From positions 10,871-74,870 of the forward strand of contig NZ_JASJOY010000022.1 of the NCBI RefSeq assembly GCF_031426985.1: a stretch of 64,000 nucleotides of DNA, written 5' to 3'. Source of the DNA: Hydrogenophaga sp. (GTDB lineage: Bacteria; Pseudomonadota; Gammaproteobacteria; Burkholderiales; Burkholderiaceae_C). Under the pieces are notes generated by a model that was given only the letters and a program-made list of their open reading frames with translations, had not been told where the DNA came from and did not search any database. How positions within the stretch are numbered: the first letter of the stretch is position 1; the number at the start of each line of letters is the position of its first letter. Both the position numbers and the translations under genes were made by a program. Positions 53,998 through 62,462 of the stretch are shown in pieces.

Positions 53998-54733
53998 CGG
54001 GCGTTCCTCCGGGTGCGGCGTCGGTGGCCAGTGACAGCGCCAGCGCATCGGCCACCAGGGCGTCGGCAAAACGGTCCAGCCGCATCAGCTGCAGACCCAG
54101 CAGGATGTTGCCGGTCAGGCCGGTGACGGTGGTCAGCAGCGCGATGCCCAGACCACCGGTCAGGCTCTTGAGCAGCTGGGCGCTCTGGCTGGGGTCGAAG
54201 CTGTCCATCTGGCCCAGCTGCAGCGCGAGGATGGAAAAGCCGATCACCTTGCCCAGCAGGCCGAGCTTGAGCTGTATGCCGTTGAGCCACCAGGCCATTT
54301 CGTGCGCCCCGTGGGCGCGCTCGCCCAGCACCAGCAGCCACGAGGCACGGTCGGCCCCGGGCTGCGCCGTGCCGTGCAGGAATTCACCGCTCCAGCTGTC
54401 GGCGTGTGGGCCTGCGCGTTGCACCTGGTCGAGCGCGGTGCGCTGGCGGCCAAGCACCCAGGCGCGGTGGCCGACCCAGCCCGAACAGCCGACGAACAGC
54501 AGCACGATGACGATGGTCAGGCGCGTCGGGTCGGCCTCGATCAGCCGGTGCCAGGCGCCCGCCTGCCACAGCAGCAGCGCCGCAAACCCCAGCAGACCCA
54601 TGAAGGCCAGCCAGAGCAGGAACAGGCCCTGCTCGGCGCGCTCGATGTTGAACGGGGGGTGTGCGCTGCCGGGCAGGCGCCGCACCAGCAAGGCCCCGAG
54701 CATGCGGTGGGTGGGGGCGCTGGTGGCGTTCAT
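53972..54733 (-). CDS. MotA/TolQ/ExbB-family proton-channel protein
   Basis: LGLLGKVIGF and G.GIALLTTVTGL...LL motifs; ATG 54733 overlaps the pqqE stop (ATGA). Confidence 0.8.
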   Translation of the reverse strand: MNATSAPTHRMLGALLVRRLPGSAHPPFNIERAEQGLFLLWLAFMGLLGFAALLLWQAGAWHRLIEADPTRLTIVIVLLFVGCSGWVGHRAWVLGRQRTALDQVQRAGPHADSWSGEFLHGTAQPGADRASWLLVLGERAHGAHEMAWWLNGIQLKLGLLGKVIGFSILALQLGQMDSFDPSQSAQLLKSLTGGLGIALLTTVTGLTGNILLGLQLMRLDRFADALVADALALSLATDAAPGGTPDGDRPSGP

Positions 54734-55908
54734 GCGGTTCCCGGCGCAGAGCCGTCCGCCGCTGTGGCACGTGAAGGTTCGGGATGCCGGTGCCGCGATT
54801 CCGCGTCGCTGCGGAACACGATGGGGATGTGGCGGTTCCTGGACGCGTTCTTCACCACCGCCACCACCTTCTGATGGTGGGCCGACTTGCTGCACACCGG
54901 GTCGGTCTCGGCGGCGTCGCCGGTGAGCAGAAAGGCCTGGCAGCGACAGCCGCCAAAGTCCTTGTGGCGCTCGTCGCAGCTGCGGCAGGTGGGTTTCATC
55001 CACGCGTCGCCGCGGTAGGCGTTGAAGGCGTTGCTGCGCTGCCAGATGTCGGCAATCGGCACGTCCTTGACGTTGGGCAGCGACAGCCCGGGCAGGTCGC
55101 GCGCGTTGTGGCAGGGCATGGCCAGGCCGTCGGGCGCGATGGACAGGAACACAGCGCCCCAGCCATTCATGCAGGCCTTGGGGCGCTCTTCAAAATAGTC
55201 GGGCACGACGAACAGCACGCGGCATTTCTGCCCCGTGGGGTTGGCGTCCTGCTCGGCGCGGAAGGCGTTCACTTCGGCCTCGGCGATTTGGAGTTCTTCG
55301 CGCGTGGGCATGAGGTGGTCGCGGTTGATCCAGGCCCAGCCGTAGTACTGGGTGTTGGCCAGTTCGAGGTACTCGGCCTCCAGCGCCACGGCCATGTCGA
55401 TGATCTTGCGCACGTGCGGCAGGTTGTGCCGGTGCAGCACGCAGTTCATCACCATCGGCCAGTCGTGCTGCTTGATCAGCCGGGCCACGCGCTGCTTGAG
55501 CTCGAAGGTCTTGGTGTGGCTGAGGAAGTCGTTGAGTTCCTTGGTCGAGTCCTGGAACGAGAGCTGCACGTGGTCGAGCCCGGCGTCCTTGAGCTTCTGC
55601 GCGCGGGCGGGTGTGAGGCCCACGCCCGAGGTGATGAGGTTGGTGTAGTAGCCCAGCCGGTGCGCCTCCTGCACGAGTTCTTCGAGGTCGTCGCGCAGCA
55701 TCGGCTCGCCACCCGAAAAGCCCAGCTGCGCGGCACCGAGCTTGCGCGCCTGCGTCATCACGTCCACCCACTGCGCGGTGCTCAGCTCGTCCGTCACCTG
55801 GGCGTGCAGCGTGGGGTTGTAGCAAAACACGCAGTGCAGCGGGCACTTGTAGGTCAGCTCCGCCAGCAGCCACAGCGGCGGGCCGGCGGGGTCACTCGAT
55901 CCAGCCAC
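54730..55908 (-). CDS. pqqE: PQQ biosynthesis radical SAM enzyme
   Basis: WLLAELTYKCPLHCVFCYNP, GGEP..R.DL, ANTQYYGWA and SPASM CM.GWG/C..C...GGCRCQA motifs; probable GTG start at 55908. Confidence 0.95.
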   Translation of the reverse strand: MAGSSDPAGPPLWLLAELTYKCPLHCVFCYNPTLHAQVTDELSTAQWVDVMTQARKLGAAQLGFSGGEPMLRDDLEELVQEAHRLGYYTNLITSGVGLTPARAQKLKDAGLDHVQLSFQDSTKELNDFLSHTKTFELKQRVARLIKQHDWPMVMNCVLHRHNLPHVRKIIDMAVALEAEYLELANTQYYGWAWINRDHLMPTREELQIAEAEVNAFRAEQDANPTGQKCRVLFVVPDYFEERPKACMNGWGAVFLSIAPDGLAMPCHNARDLPGLSLPNVKDVPIADIWQRSNAFNAYRGDAWMKPTCRSCDERHKDFGGCRCQAFLLTGDAAETDPVCSKSAHHQKVVAVVKNASRNRHIPIVFRSDAESRHRHPEPSRATAADGSAPGTA

Positions 55909-56155
55909 GGCGTTGGCCTTCTTCCAGGAGCGATCGCACGTCGGGCTCGATGCCTTTGGCCTGGAACGCGGCCTCGAGCTCGGTGACGATGCCGGGCAGG
56001 GTGCGCGTGCCATCGCAGCATTTGAGGATTTCGGCCGCGCTCGGGTTGAGCTGCACCATGCCTTCGGGGTAGAGCAGCACCCAGCGGTCCTGCGCCGGCT
56101 CGAACTGCAGGCGGAACTTGCGCGAGAGCTTGGGTGTGAGCGGCAGCGGGTTCAT
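55892..56155 (-). CDS. pqqD: PqqA chaperone
   Basis: RLQFEPAQ..WVLLYPEGMV.LN.SA.EIL motif. Confidence 0.93.
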   Translation of the reverse strand: MNPLPLTPKLSRKFRLQFEPAQDRWVLLYPEGMVQLNPSAAEILKCCDGTRTLPGIVTELEAAFQAKGIEPDVRSLLEEGQRRGWIE

Positions 56156-56178
56156 GTCAATGCGTGACAAGTTGAGTG

Positions 56179-56207
56179 AGGGGAAGACGCGCAGCGGGGC
56201 AGGGGGG
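56179..56207. repeat. truncated subfamily A repeat between pqqC and pqqD
   Basis: AGGGGAAGACGCGCAGCGGGGCAGGGGGG. Confidence 0.75.
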
Positions 56208-56210
56208 CGT

Positions 56211-56945
56211 TCATCCCTGACATGCCTTCTCGATCGCGTCCAGCATGGTCCAGAGGATGTCCAGCTTGAACTGCAGGATGTCCAGCGCGTGGTGCTGTTG
56301 CGGGCGGGTCTGGAAATGGGCCAGCGTCACGCGCAGGCCGTGTTCCACATCGCGGCTGGCCAGCGGGATGCGGCTGCGGAAGTAGGCCAGGCCGTCGGCC
56401 TCGATCCAGGGGTAGTGGGTCGGCCAGGTGGCCAGGCGGTCCTTGTGGATCTGCGGCGCGAACATCTCGGTCAGCGACGAGCACACGGCTTCCTGCCAGG
56501 GCGCCTTGGCCGCGAAGTTCACGTACGCGTCGCAGGCGAAGCGCACCGCGGGCACCACGTGCTGCAGCGACCACAGCTCCTCGCGCGAGATGCCCACGGC
56601 CTCGCCCAGGCGCGTCCAGGCCTCGATGCCGCCGGCGGCGGCGCCCTGGTGGTTGCCGTGGCCGTCGTGGTCGAGGATGCGTTCGATCCACAGGCGGCGG
56701 TGCTCGCGGTCGGGCATGTTGGCCAGGATGGCCGCGTCCTTGCGCGGGATGCAGATCTGGTAATAAAAGCGGTTGGCCACCCAGCAGCGGATCTCGTCAG
56801 GCGTGCAACCACCCGAGTTCATGCGCACGTTGAACGGGTGGTGGATGTGGTAACTGCGGCCCTTGTCGCGCAGCTGGGCTTCGAACTCTTGCGCGTTCCA
56901 GGCGGGCAGGTGGCCGTCGGTGCGGATGGATTGGGCGATTTCCAA
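56211..56945 (-). CDS. pqqC: pyrroloquinoline-quinone synthase
   Basis: [26 protein letters not shown] and [12 protein letters not shown] motifs; TTG 56945 follows AGGA. Confidence 0.93.
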   Translation of the reverse strand: MEIAQSIRTDGHLPAWNAQEFEAQLRDKGRSYHIHHPFNVRMNSGGCTPDEIRCWVANRFYYQICIPRKDAAILANMPDREHRRLWIERILDHDGHGNHQGAAAGGIEAWTRLGEAVGISREELWSLQHVVPAVRFACDAYVNFAAKAPWQEAVCSSLTEMFAPQIHKDRLATWPTHYPWIEADGLAYFRSRIPLASRDVEHGLRVTLAHFQTRPQQHHALDILQFKLDILWTMLDAIEKACQG

Positions 56946-56999
56946 GATCAGGTTCCTACAAACGCGAATGTTGAAGAAGTGACTTGCCCAGCACACACC

Positions 57000-57069
57000 G
57001 TGGAACCGGCTTTGCCGGGCCACTGGTGTGGTCCCCCTGGAGGGGGAAGACGCGGAGCGGCGCAGGGGG
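57000..57069. repeat. REP-like repeat, subfamily A, between pqqB and pqqC
   Basis: GTGGAACCGGCTTTGCCGGGCCAC...AGGGGGAAGACGCGGAGCGGCGCAGGGGG. Confidence 0.9.
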
Positions 57070-57987
57070 TCATATCTCAATGCTCATGCCGTCGTGGGCG
57101 ACCTCGATGCCGTGCCGCGTCAGCAGCGCGCGCTCGTCGGAGTCTTCCACCAGCATGGGGTTGGTGTTGTTGATGTGGATGAGCACCTTGCGCACGCCGG
57201 GGGGCAGCCGGTCCAGCTGTTCGATCATCCCGCCCGGGCCGCTTTGCGGCAGGTGGCCCATGTCGAGCGCGGCCTTGGTCGAGAGGCCCAGGCGCTGCAT
57301 TTCGTCGTGCGTCCAGAAGGTGCCGTCGACCAGCACCACAGCGCAGCCGCTCATGAGCGCGATCAGCTCGGGCGTGACCTCGGCCAGCCCCGGTGCGTAG
57401 AAGGCCTTCGCGCCGGTGGCGGGGTTGGTGATCAGCAGGCCGATGTTGTCGCCCGGGCGCGGGTTGCCGCGAAAGGGTGAATACGGTGGCGGCTTGGACG
57501 AGAGCGACACCGTCTGCAGCTGCAGGCCGGGCAGGGCGGGGATGTGCACCGCGCTGCCGTCGATCGGCAGTTCCTGTCGGGCCACCCCGCAGTAGTGCGA
57601 GAGGATGCCGGTGATGGGAAAACCGCTGGAGATGTCGGAGAACACCTCGGGTGTGGCCAGCAGCGGCAGCGGCGTCTTGCGCTCGCGCAGCATCAGCAGG
57701 CCGGTCACGTGGTCGATCTGCGCGTCCATCAGCAGCACGGCGGCGATGCCGCTGTCGCGGATGGCGCGGGCCGGCTGCAGCGCGTGCGTGCGCTGGATCT
57801 GGGTGAGGATGTCGGGCGAGGCGTTGACCAGCAGCCAGTCGATGCCGTCGGCGCTCAGTGCGATGGACGACTGTGTGCGCGGCGTGGCGCGCAGCGTGCC
57901 ACGCCGCACGCCGTCGCAATTGGGGCAGTTGCAGTTCCACTGAGGGAAACCGCCGCCGGCCGATGAACCCAGAACGCGGATGCGCAT
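57070..57987 (-). CDS. pqqB: PQQ biosynthesis protein B
   Basis: [33 protein letters not shown] and HINNTNP motifs. Confidence 0.96.
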   Translation of the reverse strand: MRIRVLGSSAGGGFPQWNCNCPNCDGVRRGTLRATPRTQSSIALSADGIDWLLVNASPDILTQIQRTHALQPARAIRDSGIAAVLLMDAQIDHVTGLLMLRERKTPLPLLATPEVFSDISSGFPITGILSHYCGVARQELPIDGSAVHIPALPGLQLQTVSLSSKPPPYSPFRGNPRPGDNIGLLITNPATGAKAFYAPGLAEVTPELIALMSGCAVVLVDGTFWTHDEMQRLGLSTKAALDMGHLPQSGPGGMIEQLDRLPPGVRKVLIHINNTNPMLVEDSDERALLTRHGIEVAHDGMSIEI

Positions 57988-58009
57988 GGCAGTGTTTCAG
58001 TCGTTCAAG

Positions 58010-58044
58010 AAAAAAAGGCGCACGGGTGGAACACGCGTGCGCCT
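58010..58044 (-). terminator. hairpin plus T-run between pqqA and pqqB
   Basis: AGGCGCACG...CGTGCGCCT followed by a T-run on the minus strand. Confidence 0.75.
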
Positions 58045-58062
58045 GGGGCCTGTCTGCGCCGA

Positions 58063-58137
58063 TCAGCGGTTGGCGATGTACATCGTGATCTCAAAACCAA
58101 AACGCAAATCGGTGAAAGCCGGGGTGGTCCATTGCAT
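58063..58137 (-). CDS. pqqA: PQQ precursor peptide (missed by the ORF track)
   Basis: [24 protein letters not shown] with E-x3-Y core; AGGAG site; second in-frame ATG at 58140. Confidence 0.97.
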   Translation of the reverse strand: MQWTTPAFTDLRFGFEITMYIANR

Positions 58138-58163
58138 CATTCGTCTCCTGAAGTGGGGTTGGC

Positions 58164-59312
58164 ATGAAAACTGACTGCCAGCTCGACTGCTCCACAGCAC
58201 CGCGAGCCGCTCCCTTGAACAGCAATATCGATGCCATTTCCCGCCGCCCTAGGGATGTCCCTAGGGCGGCACTCGCCTGGCCGGCGCCCGAGCACTTGCC
58301 GGTGGGGCGCGGCCACCGCATGGCCTGGCGCAGCCTGGGCACCGCGGGGGGTGAACCCTGGCTGCTGCTGCACGGCGGCCCGGGCAGCGGCGCCCAGCCC
58401 GGCCTGCTGGCGCCGCTGGACCTCGCGCGCCAGTGGGCCATCGCACCCGACCAGCGCGGCAGCGGCGCCAGCCGCCCACGCGGTGGCCTGCTGGGCAACC
58501 ACACGCAGGCACTGGTCGCCGATCTGGAGGCCTTGCGCGAACACCTGGGCGTGGCGCGCTGGTCGGTGCTGGCGGGGTCGTGGGGCACGGTGCTGGCGCT
58601 GGCCTACGCGCAACAGCACCCGCAGCGCGTGCAGCGCCTGGTGCTGCGCGGGGCGTTTGCGCTCAGCCGGCGCGAGATCGGGGGGCTGCTGCTGCCCACC
58701 CGCCAGACCACGCAACGGCTGGGTGCCGTGCCGGGCTGGCCGGTTCGGCCGGGCACACCGCTGCCGGTGGCGTTGCGTCGGCTGACACAACTGCTTCAAA
58801 GTGGAACAGCCGCTGTTGCACCGCTGCGCGGGGCTGTGCCGGTGGTGCGGCGTTGGGCGGTGCTGGAGTCCGATCTGGCCGAACGCGGCCTGCGGCGCAG
58901 CCTGCGCCAGGCCGCGCTGGCCGGGCGCAGCAGCGGGCTGGTGCCGGCGATCCGGCGCGAATGGGCGGCCCTGCGCCGCCGCCAGCGCCGCGCACAGGCC
59001 CAGGCGGATCGGCCCCGGATCGGCCGGGCCGACCGGCAGGCCCTGGCCAAGTTCCGGGTGCAGGCCCATTACCTGCGGCACCGGGGGTTTCTGCGGCCGG
59101 CCGACCTGGGGCGGGCGGTGCATGCCCTGAACGGGCAGGGCGTGCCCATCGACTGGGTGCACGGGCGCTGCGACACCGTGTGCCCGCCGGCCAACAGCCG
59201 CCGCTGGGCCGCGCCCGGGGGGCGGCTGACCATGCCCCTGAGCGGCCACCTGGGGCACGAGCCCGACCTGCTGGCCGCGCTGCACGAGCGGGTGCAGGGA
59301 GCGCCGCCATGA
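58164..59312 (+). CDS. proline iminopeptidase-like alpha/beta hydrolase
   Basis: [19 protein letters not shown] nucleophile, HG..D..CP and GH motifs; start uncertain. Confidence 0.75.
   Translation: MKTDCQLDCSTAPRAAPLNSNIDAISRRPRDVPRAALAWPAPEHLPVGRGHRMAWRSLGTAGGEPWLLLHGGPGSGAQPGLLAPLDLARQWAIAPDQRGSGASRPRGGLLGNHTQALVADLEALREHLGVARWSVLAGSWGTVLALAYAQQHPQRVQRLVLRGAFALSRREIGGLLLPTRQTTQRLGAVPGWPVRPGTPLPVALRRLTQLLQSGTAAVAPLRGAVPVVRRWAVLESDLAERGLRRSLRQAALAGRSSGLVPAIRREWAALRRRQRRAQAQADRPRIGRADRQALAKFRVQAHYLRHRGFLRPADLGRAVHALNGQGVPIDWVHGRCDTVCPPANSRRWAAPGGRLTMPLSGHLGHEPDLLAALHERVQGAPP
58221..58236 (-). promoter_or_regulatory. sigma54 promoter of the pqq operon
   Basis: TGGCATCGATATTGCT on the minus strand. 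Confidence 0.8.
58243..58270. promoter_or_regulatory. perfect 13-bp inverted repeat beside the pqq sigma54 site
   Basis: GCCGCCCTAGGGA-TG-TCCCTAGGGCGGC. Confidence 0.55.
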
Positions 59313-60400
59313 AGGCGGTGCGCGCGGTGTGCGCGGTGCTGCTGATCGGCCTGTGGGCGGGCGCCGCCGCGGCGCAGGCAGCGACGCGCTGCGCCGACGA
59401 TGTGCCCTGGCAACGCGTGGCGGCGGGCGTCTGGCGCTGGAGCCCGGCCGCCGAAGCCGAGGTATCGACCACGAACGCCGGCCATGTGGTGCCCACCACC
59501 GTGGTGGTGCACGGCCGGCAGGCGCTGCTGATCGACCCCGGCCCCAGCCACGCGCACGGCCAGCGCGTGCGGCGCTCGCTGGCCTGTCGCTTCGGCGCCC
59601 AGGTGCGCTGGATCGTCAACAGCCATGCCCACGCCGAAAACGTGCTGGGCAATTCGGCCTTTGCCGACCTGCAGGCGGCGGGCCAGGTGCAGATCCTGGC
59701 CAGCGCCGCCACGCGCATGGGCATGGCCCAGCGCTGCCCGGCGTGTCTGGCCAGCCTCACCGCCAAGGCCGGCGCAGACGCCATGGCGGGCACCCGCATC
59801 GTGCTGCCCACCCGCACGCTGACCGAGGGCGATGTGCTGCGTGTGGGTCCGCACCGGCTGCGGGTGCTGCGCATCGAGCAGGGCCACACCGAAGGCGACC
59901 TGGTGCTGTGGGATGCGCAGCGGCGCCTGCTGTGGGCCGGGGGGCTGGTGTACGGGCAGCGCCTGCCCGAACTGGCGCAAGGCAGCCTGGACGGCTGGTT
60001 GGCCGCGCTGGACCGGCTGGCCGCGCTGCGGCCGGCGGTGGTGCTGGGCAACACCGTGTCGGTGGCCGCCGACCCGAACAGCCTGCCGCCCGCTTTGACG
60101 GACACGCGCGCCTATCTGAGCGCGCTGCGCACCGAGGTGCTGAACGCCATGGACCAGGGCCTGCAAGCCAGCGACGCCACCACCTTGACCTTGCCCGCGT
60201 ACAGCGCCTGGGCCGGCCACGCCGAACGCCAGGGCTTCAACGCCCAGCGCGCCTGGCGCGAGCTGGAGCCGGTGTGGATGGACAGGGTGGATCCCCCCGC
60301 GCCGCCTGCGGCGTCACCCCCGAGGGGCGGTGCGAGTGGCCCGGCAAAGCCGGTTCCACCGCACCCTGAAACGGGACACTCCGCGCCGGACACGCGCTGA
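59309..60400 (+). CDS. second quinoprotein-associated MBL-fold hydrolase, SoxH-related
   Basis: Signal peptide; IDPGPS, NSHAHAENVLGN and GHT.GD motifs; ATGA overlap with the peptidase gene. Confidence 0.78.
   Translation: MKAVRAVCAVLLIGLWAGAAAAQAATRCADDVPWQRVAAGVWRWSPAAEAEVSTTNAGHVVPTTVVVHGRQALLIDPGPSHAHGQRVRRSLACRFGAQVRWIVNSHAHAENVLGNSAFADLQAAGQVQILASAATRMGMAQRCPACLASLTAKAGADAMAGTRIVLPTRTLTEGDVLRVGPHRLRVLRIEQGHTEGDLVLWDAQRRLLWAGGLVYGQRLPELAQGSLDGWLAALDRLAALRPAVVLGNTVSVAADPNSLPPALTDTRAYLSALRTEVLNAMDQGLQASDATTLTLPAYSAWAGHAERQGFNAQRAWRELEPVWMDRVDPPAPPAASPPRGGASGPAKPVPPHPETGHSAPDTR
60293..60359. repeat. REP-like repeat, subfamily A, translated in the 3' end of the MBL gene
   Basis: CCCCCCGCGCCGCCTGCGGCGTC...GTGGCCCGGCAAAGCCGGTTCCAC. 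Confidence 0.85.
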
Positions 60401-60419
60401 CGTTCGCCAGCACCAGGGG

Positions 60420-62462
60420 TTACAAAGTCCCCGGTGGGAGCAGGTCCTTCTTGCGGTAGATGGTGTTGCGCGACACGCCCAGCGCCTTGGCGGCGGCCGA
60501 CACGTTGCCCTTGTGCAGGCGCAGCATTTGCGCCATGGCGCTCAGCGCCACGTCCTGCAGGCGCTGCCCGTCGGACTGGCTGGCTTCTTTCATTTCGGCG
60601 GGCGTCACCGGCAGCGTCACCAGCGGTGGCAGGTGCTGGGCGCTGGGCATGGGCATCACGTGGGTGGGCGGCGTCAGCTGCAGTTCTTCGAGGAAGTCGT
60701 CCGGCAGGTGCGCCACCTCGATGTTGCCGCTGCAGCCCACCATGACCACGGCGGTGCGCAGCAGGTTGTGCAGCTGGCGGAAGTTGCCGGGCCAGTGGTA
60801 GCGCTTGAACAGGTCCAGCACCTCGGCCGAGAGGTTGATGTTCTGGCCGTTCTCGCACAGCGTCTTGAGGATCTTGCGCACCACCAGTTCGAAGTCGCTG
60901 CGCTCGCGCAGCGCCGGCAGGCGCACCACCAGGCCGTTGAGGCGGTAGTACAGGTCTTCGCGGAAGTCGCCGCGCGCGATCATGTCCTTGAGGTTCTTGT
61001 GCGTGGCGCAGACCACGGCCACATCCACGTCCACCTCTTTGCCGGCCCCCAGCGGGCTCACCTTGCGTTCCTGCAGCACGCGCAGCAGGCGCGCTTGCAG
61101 GTGTTTGGGCATGTCGCCGATCTCGTCCAGGAACAGCGTGCCGCCGTTGGCCTGCAGGATCTTGCCGATGGAGCCCTTTTTGCGCGCGCCGGTGAAGGCG
61201 CCTTCTTCGTAGCCGAACAGTTCGGACTCGATCAGGGTCTCGGGAATCGAGGCGCAGTTGACCGACACGAAGGGCTGGCCGGCGCGGGGCGAGTCACCGT
61301 GGATGGCCTGGGCCAGCAGGTCTTTGCCGGTGCCGGTTTCGCCCAGGATCATGATCGGGATGTCCTTGCCCGAGACCATGCGCAGTTTGTGGATGACCGA
61401 GGCGACCTGGGCGTCGCCGGTGTCCAGGTACTGCAGGGTCGAGAGGTGCGGCTTGCGCGGCGGCGCTGCCCTGGGCTCGTCGGCCGCCACGGGAGCAGGG
61501 GCCGTTGCCTGGCCGCTGGACGCCGCATCGGCACGGCCAGCCGACCACGGTGCCGACGTCTTGAGCTTGGCGCGGCACCAGACCGTGACGCCGTTGTGCA
61601 GCACCAGCTGCTTGGGGGCCGGCATGGCGCCGCTGAACAGTTCAAACAGCGACGACATCGGGATGCCGAACAGCGACGAGAAGGTGTGCGCCTTGAGCGC
61701 CGAGAACGGCAGGCCGATCTGGAACTGTGCGCTGCGGTTGGCCGAGATGAAACGGCCTTCGGGCGAGAACACCGCGATGCCTTCGACCAGGGTGCCCAGG
61801 AATTCCGAGCGCGTGTGGAAATGGATGCGGATGGCCTTGGGGAAGATGTCCGCGAACATGTGGTTCTCGATCATCTGCGCCGACATGCGCACCAGCGCCA
61901 GCGTGTGCTGGTGGTAGCTGCGCTGGTCACCGGTCACGTCCAGTGCGCCGATCACCTGGCCGTAGGGATCGAAGATGGGGGCGGCCGAACAGGTCAGGAA
62001 CTTGTTGGCGTTCATGTAGTGCTGGTTGCCGTGCACCGTGAGCGCTTCCTGCTCGGACAGGGCGGTGCCGATGGCATTGGTGCCCTTGCTCTGTTCGGAC
62101 CAGTCCATGCCCGGCGTGAGCGCCACGCGCGAGGCTTTTTCGAGGAAATCGGTGTCGCCCAGCGAGTGCAGCACCATGCCGCGCGAGGACGTCAGCAGCA
62201 CCATGCTGTGGGTGTTGGCGATCTGGTCGTACAGCGTCTCCATGACCGGCGCGGCGTGCTGGAACAGGAAGCGGTTGTCGTCCAGCGCGTTGTGCAGGTC
62301 GCCGCGCAGGGCGCTGGTGAAGTCGGGCACGTCGTTTTCACGCAGCCCGAACGAGGCCGAGCGCTGGTGCGACTGGCCGATCACATCGACCGGCAGACCG
62401 GTCGCGGGCTGGAGCGACCCCTGCGCGGGCGCGGGGCCATGGGGGTGCAAAGCGGCGTTCAT
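60420..62462 (-). CDS. sigma54-dependent GAF-AAA+-Fis activator, AcoR-like
   Basis: GAF KGTNAIGTAL, GETGTGKD, ELFGY..GAFTGA, FLDEIGDMP, WPGN.R.L and Fis HTH; ATG 62462 follows GGAG (alternative 62573). Confidence 0.93.
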   Translation of the reverse strand: MNAALHPHGPAPAQGSLQPATGLPVDVIGQSHQRSASFGLRENDVPDFTSALRGDLHNALDDNRFLFQHAAPVMETLYDQIANTHSMVLLTSSRGMVLHSLGDTDFLEKASRVALTPGMDWSEQSKGTNAIGTALSEQEALTVHGNQHYMNANKFLTCSAAPIFDPYGQVIGALDVTGDQRSYHQHTLALVRMSAQMIENHMFADIFPKAIRIHFHTRSEFLGTLVEGIAVFSPEGRFISANRSAQFQIGLPFSALKAHTFSSLFGIPMSSLFELFSGAMPAPKQLVLHNGVTVWCRAKLKTSAPWSAGRADAASSGQATAPAPVAADEPRAAPPRKPHLSTLQYLDTGDAQVASVIHKLRMVSGKDIPIMILGETGTGKDLLAQAIHGDSPRAGQPFVSVNCASIPETLIESELFGYEEGAFTGARKKGSIGKILQANGGTLFLDEIGDMPKHLQARLLRVLQERKVSPLGAGKEVDVDVAVVCATHKNLKDMIARGDFREDLYYRLNGLVVRLPALRERSDFELVVRKILKTLCENGQNINLSAEVLDLFKRYHWPGNFRQLHNLLRTAVVMVGCSGNIEVAHLPDDFLEELQLTPPTHVMPMPSAQHLPPLVTLPVTPAEMKEASQSDGQRLQDVALSAMAQMLRLHKGNVSAAAKALGVSRNTIYRKKDLLPPGTL

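Noticed and set aside
53386-54733. Zorya anti-phage ZorAB or a flagellar stator
   Set aside because: The A subunit has no long cytoplasmic tail, the B subunit has no OmpA-like domain, and no zorC/D/E or flagellar genes are nearby.
56946-57080. Repeat-encoded N-terminal extension of PqqC (ORF-track start 57080)
   Set aside because: That TTG lies inside pqqB without an SD. TTG 56945 has AGGA upstream and gives a normal-length PqqC.
58600-59050. Frameshifted pseudogene in the iminopeptidase-like ORF
   Set aside because: The frame is open throughout, and family motifs resume in frame after the odd segment ([16 protein letters not shown]).
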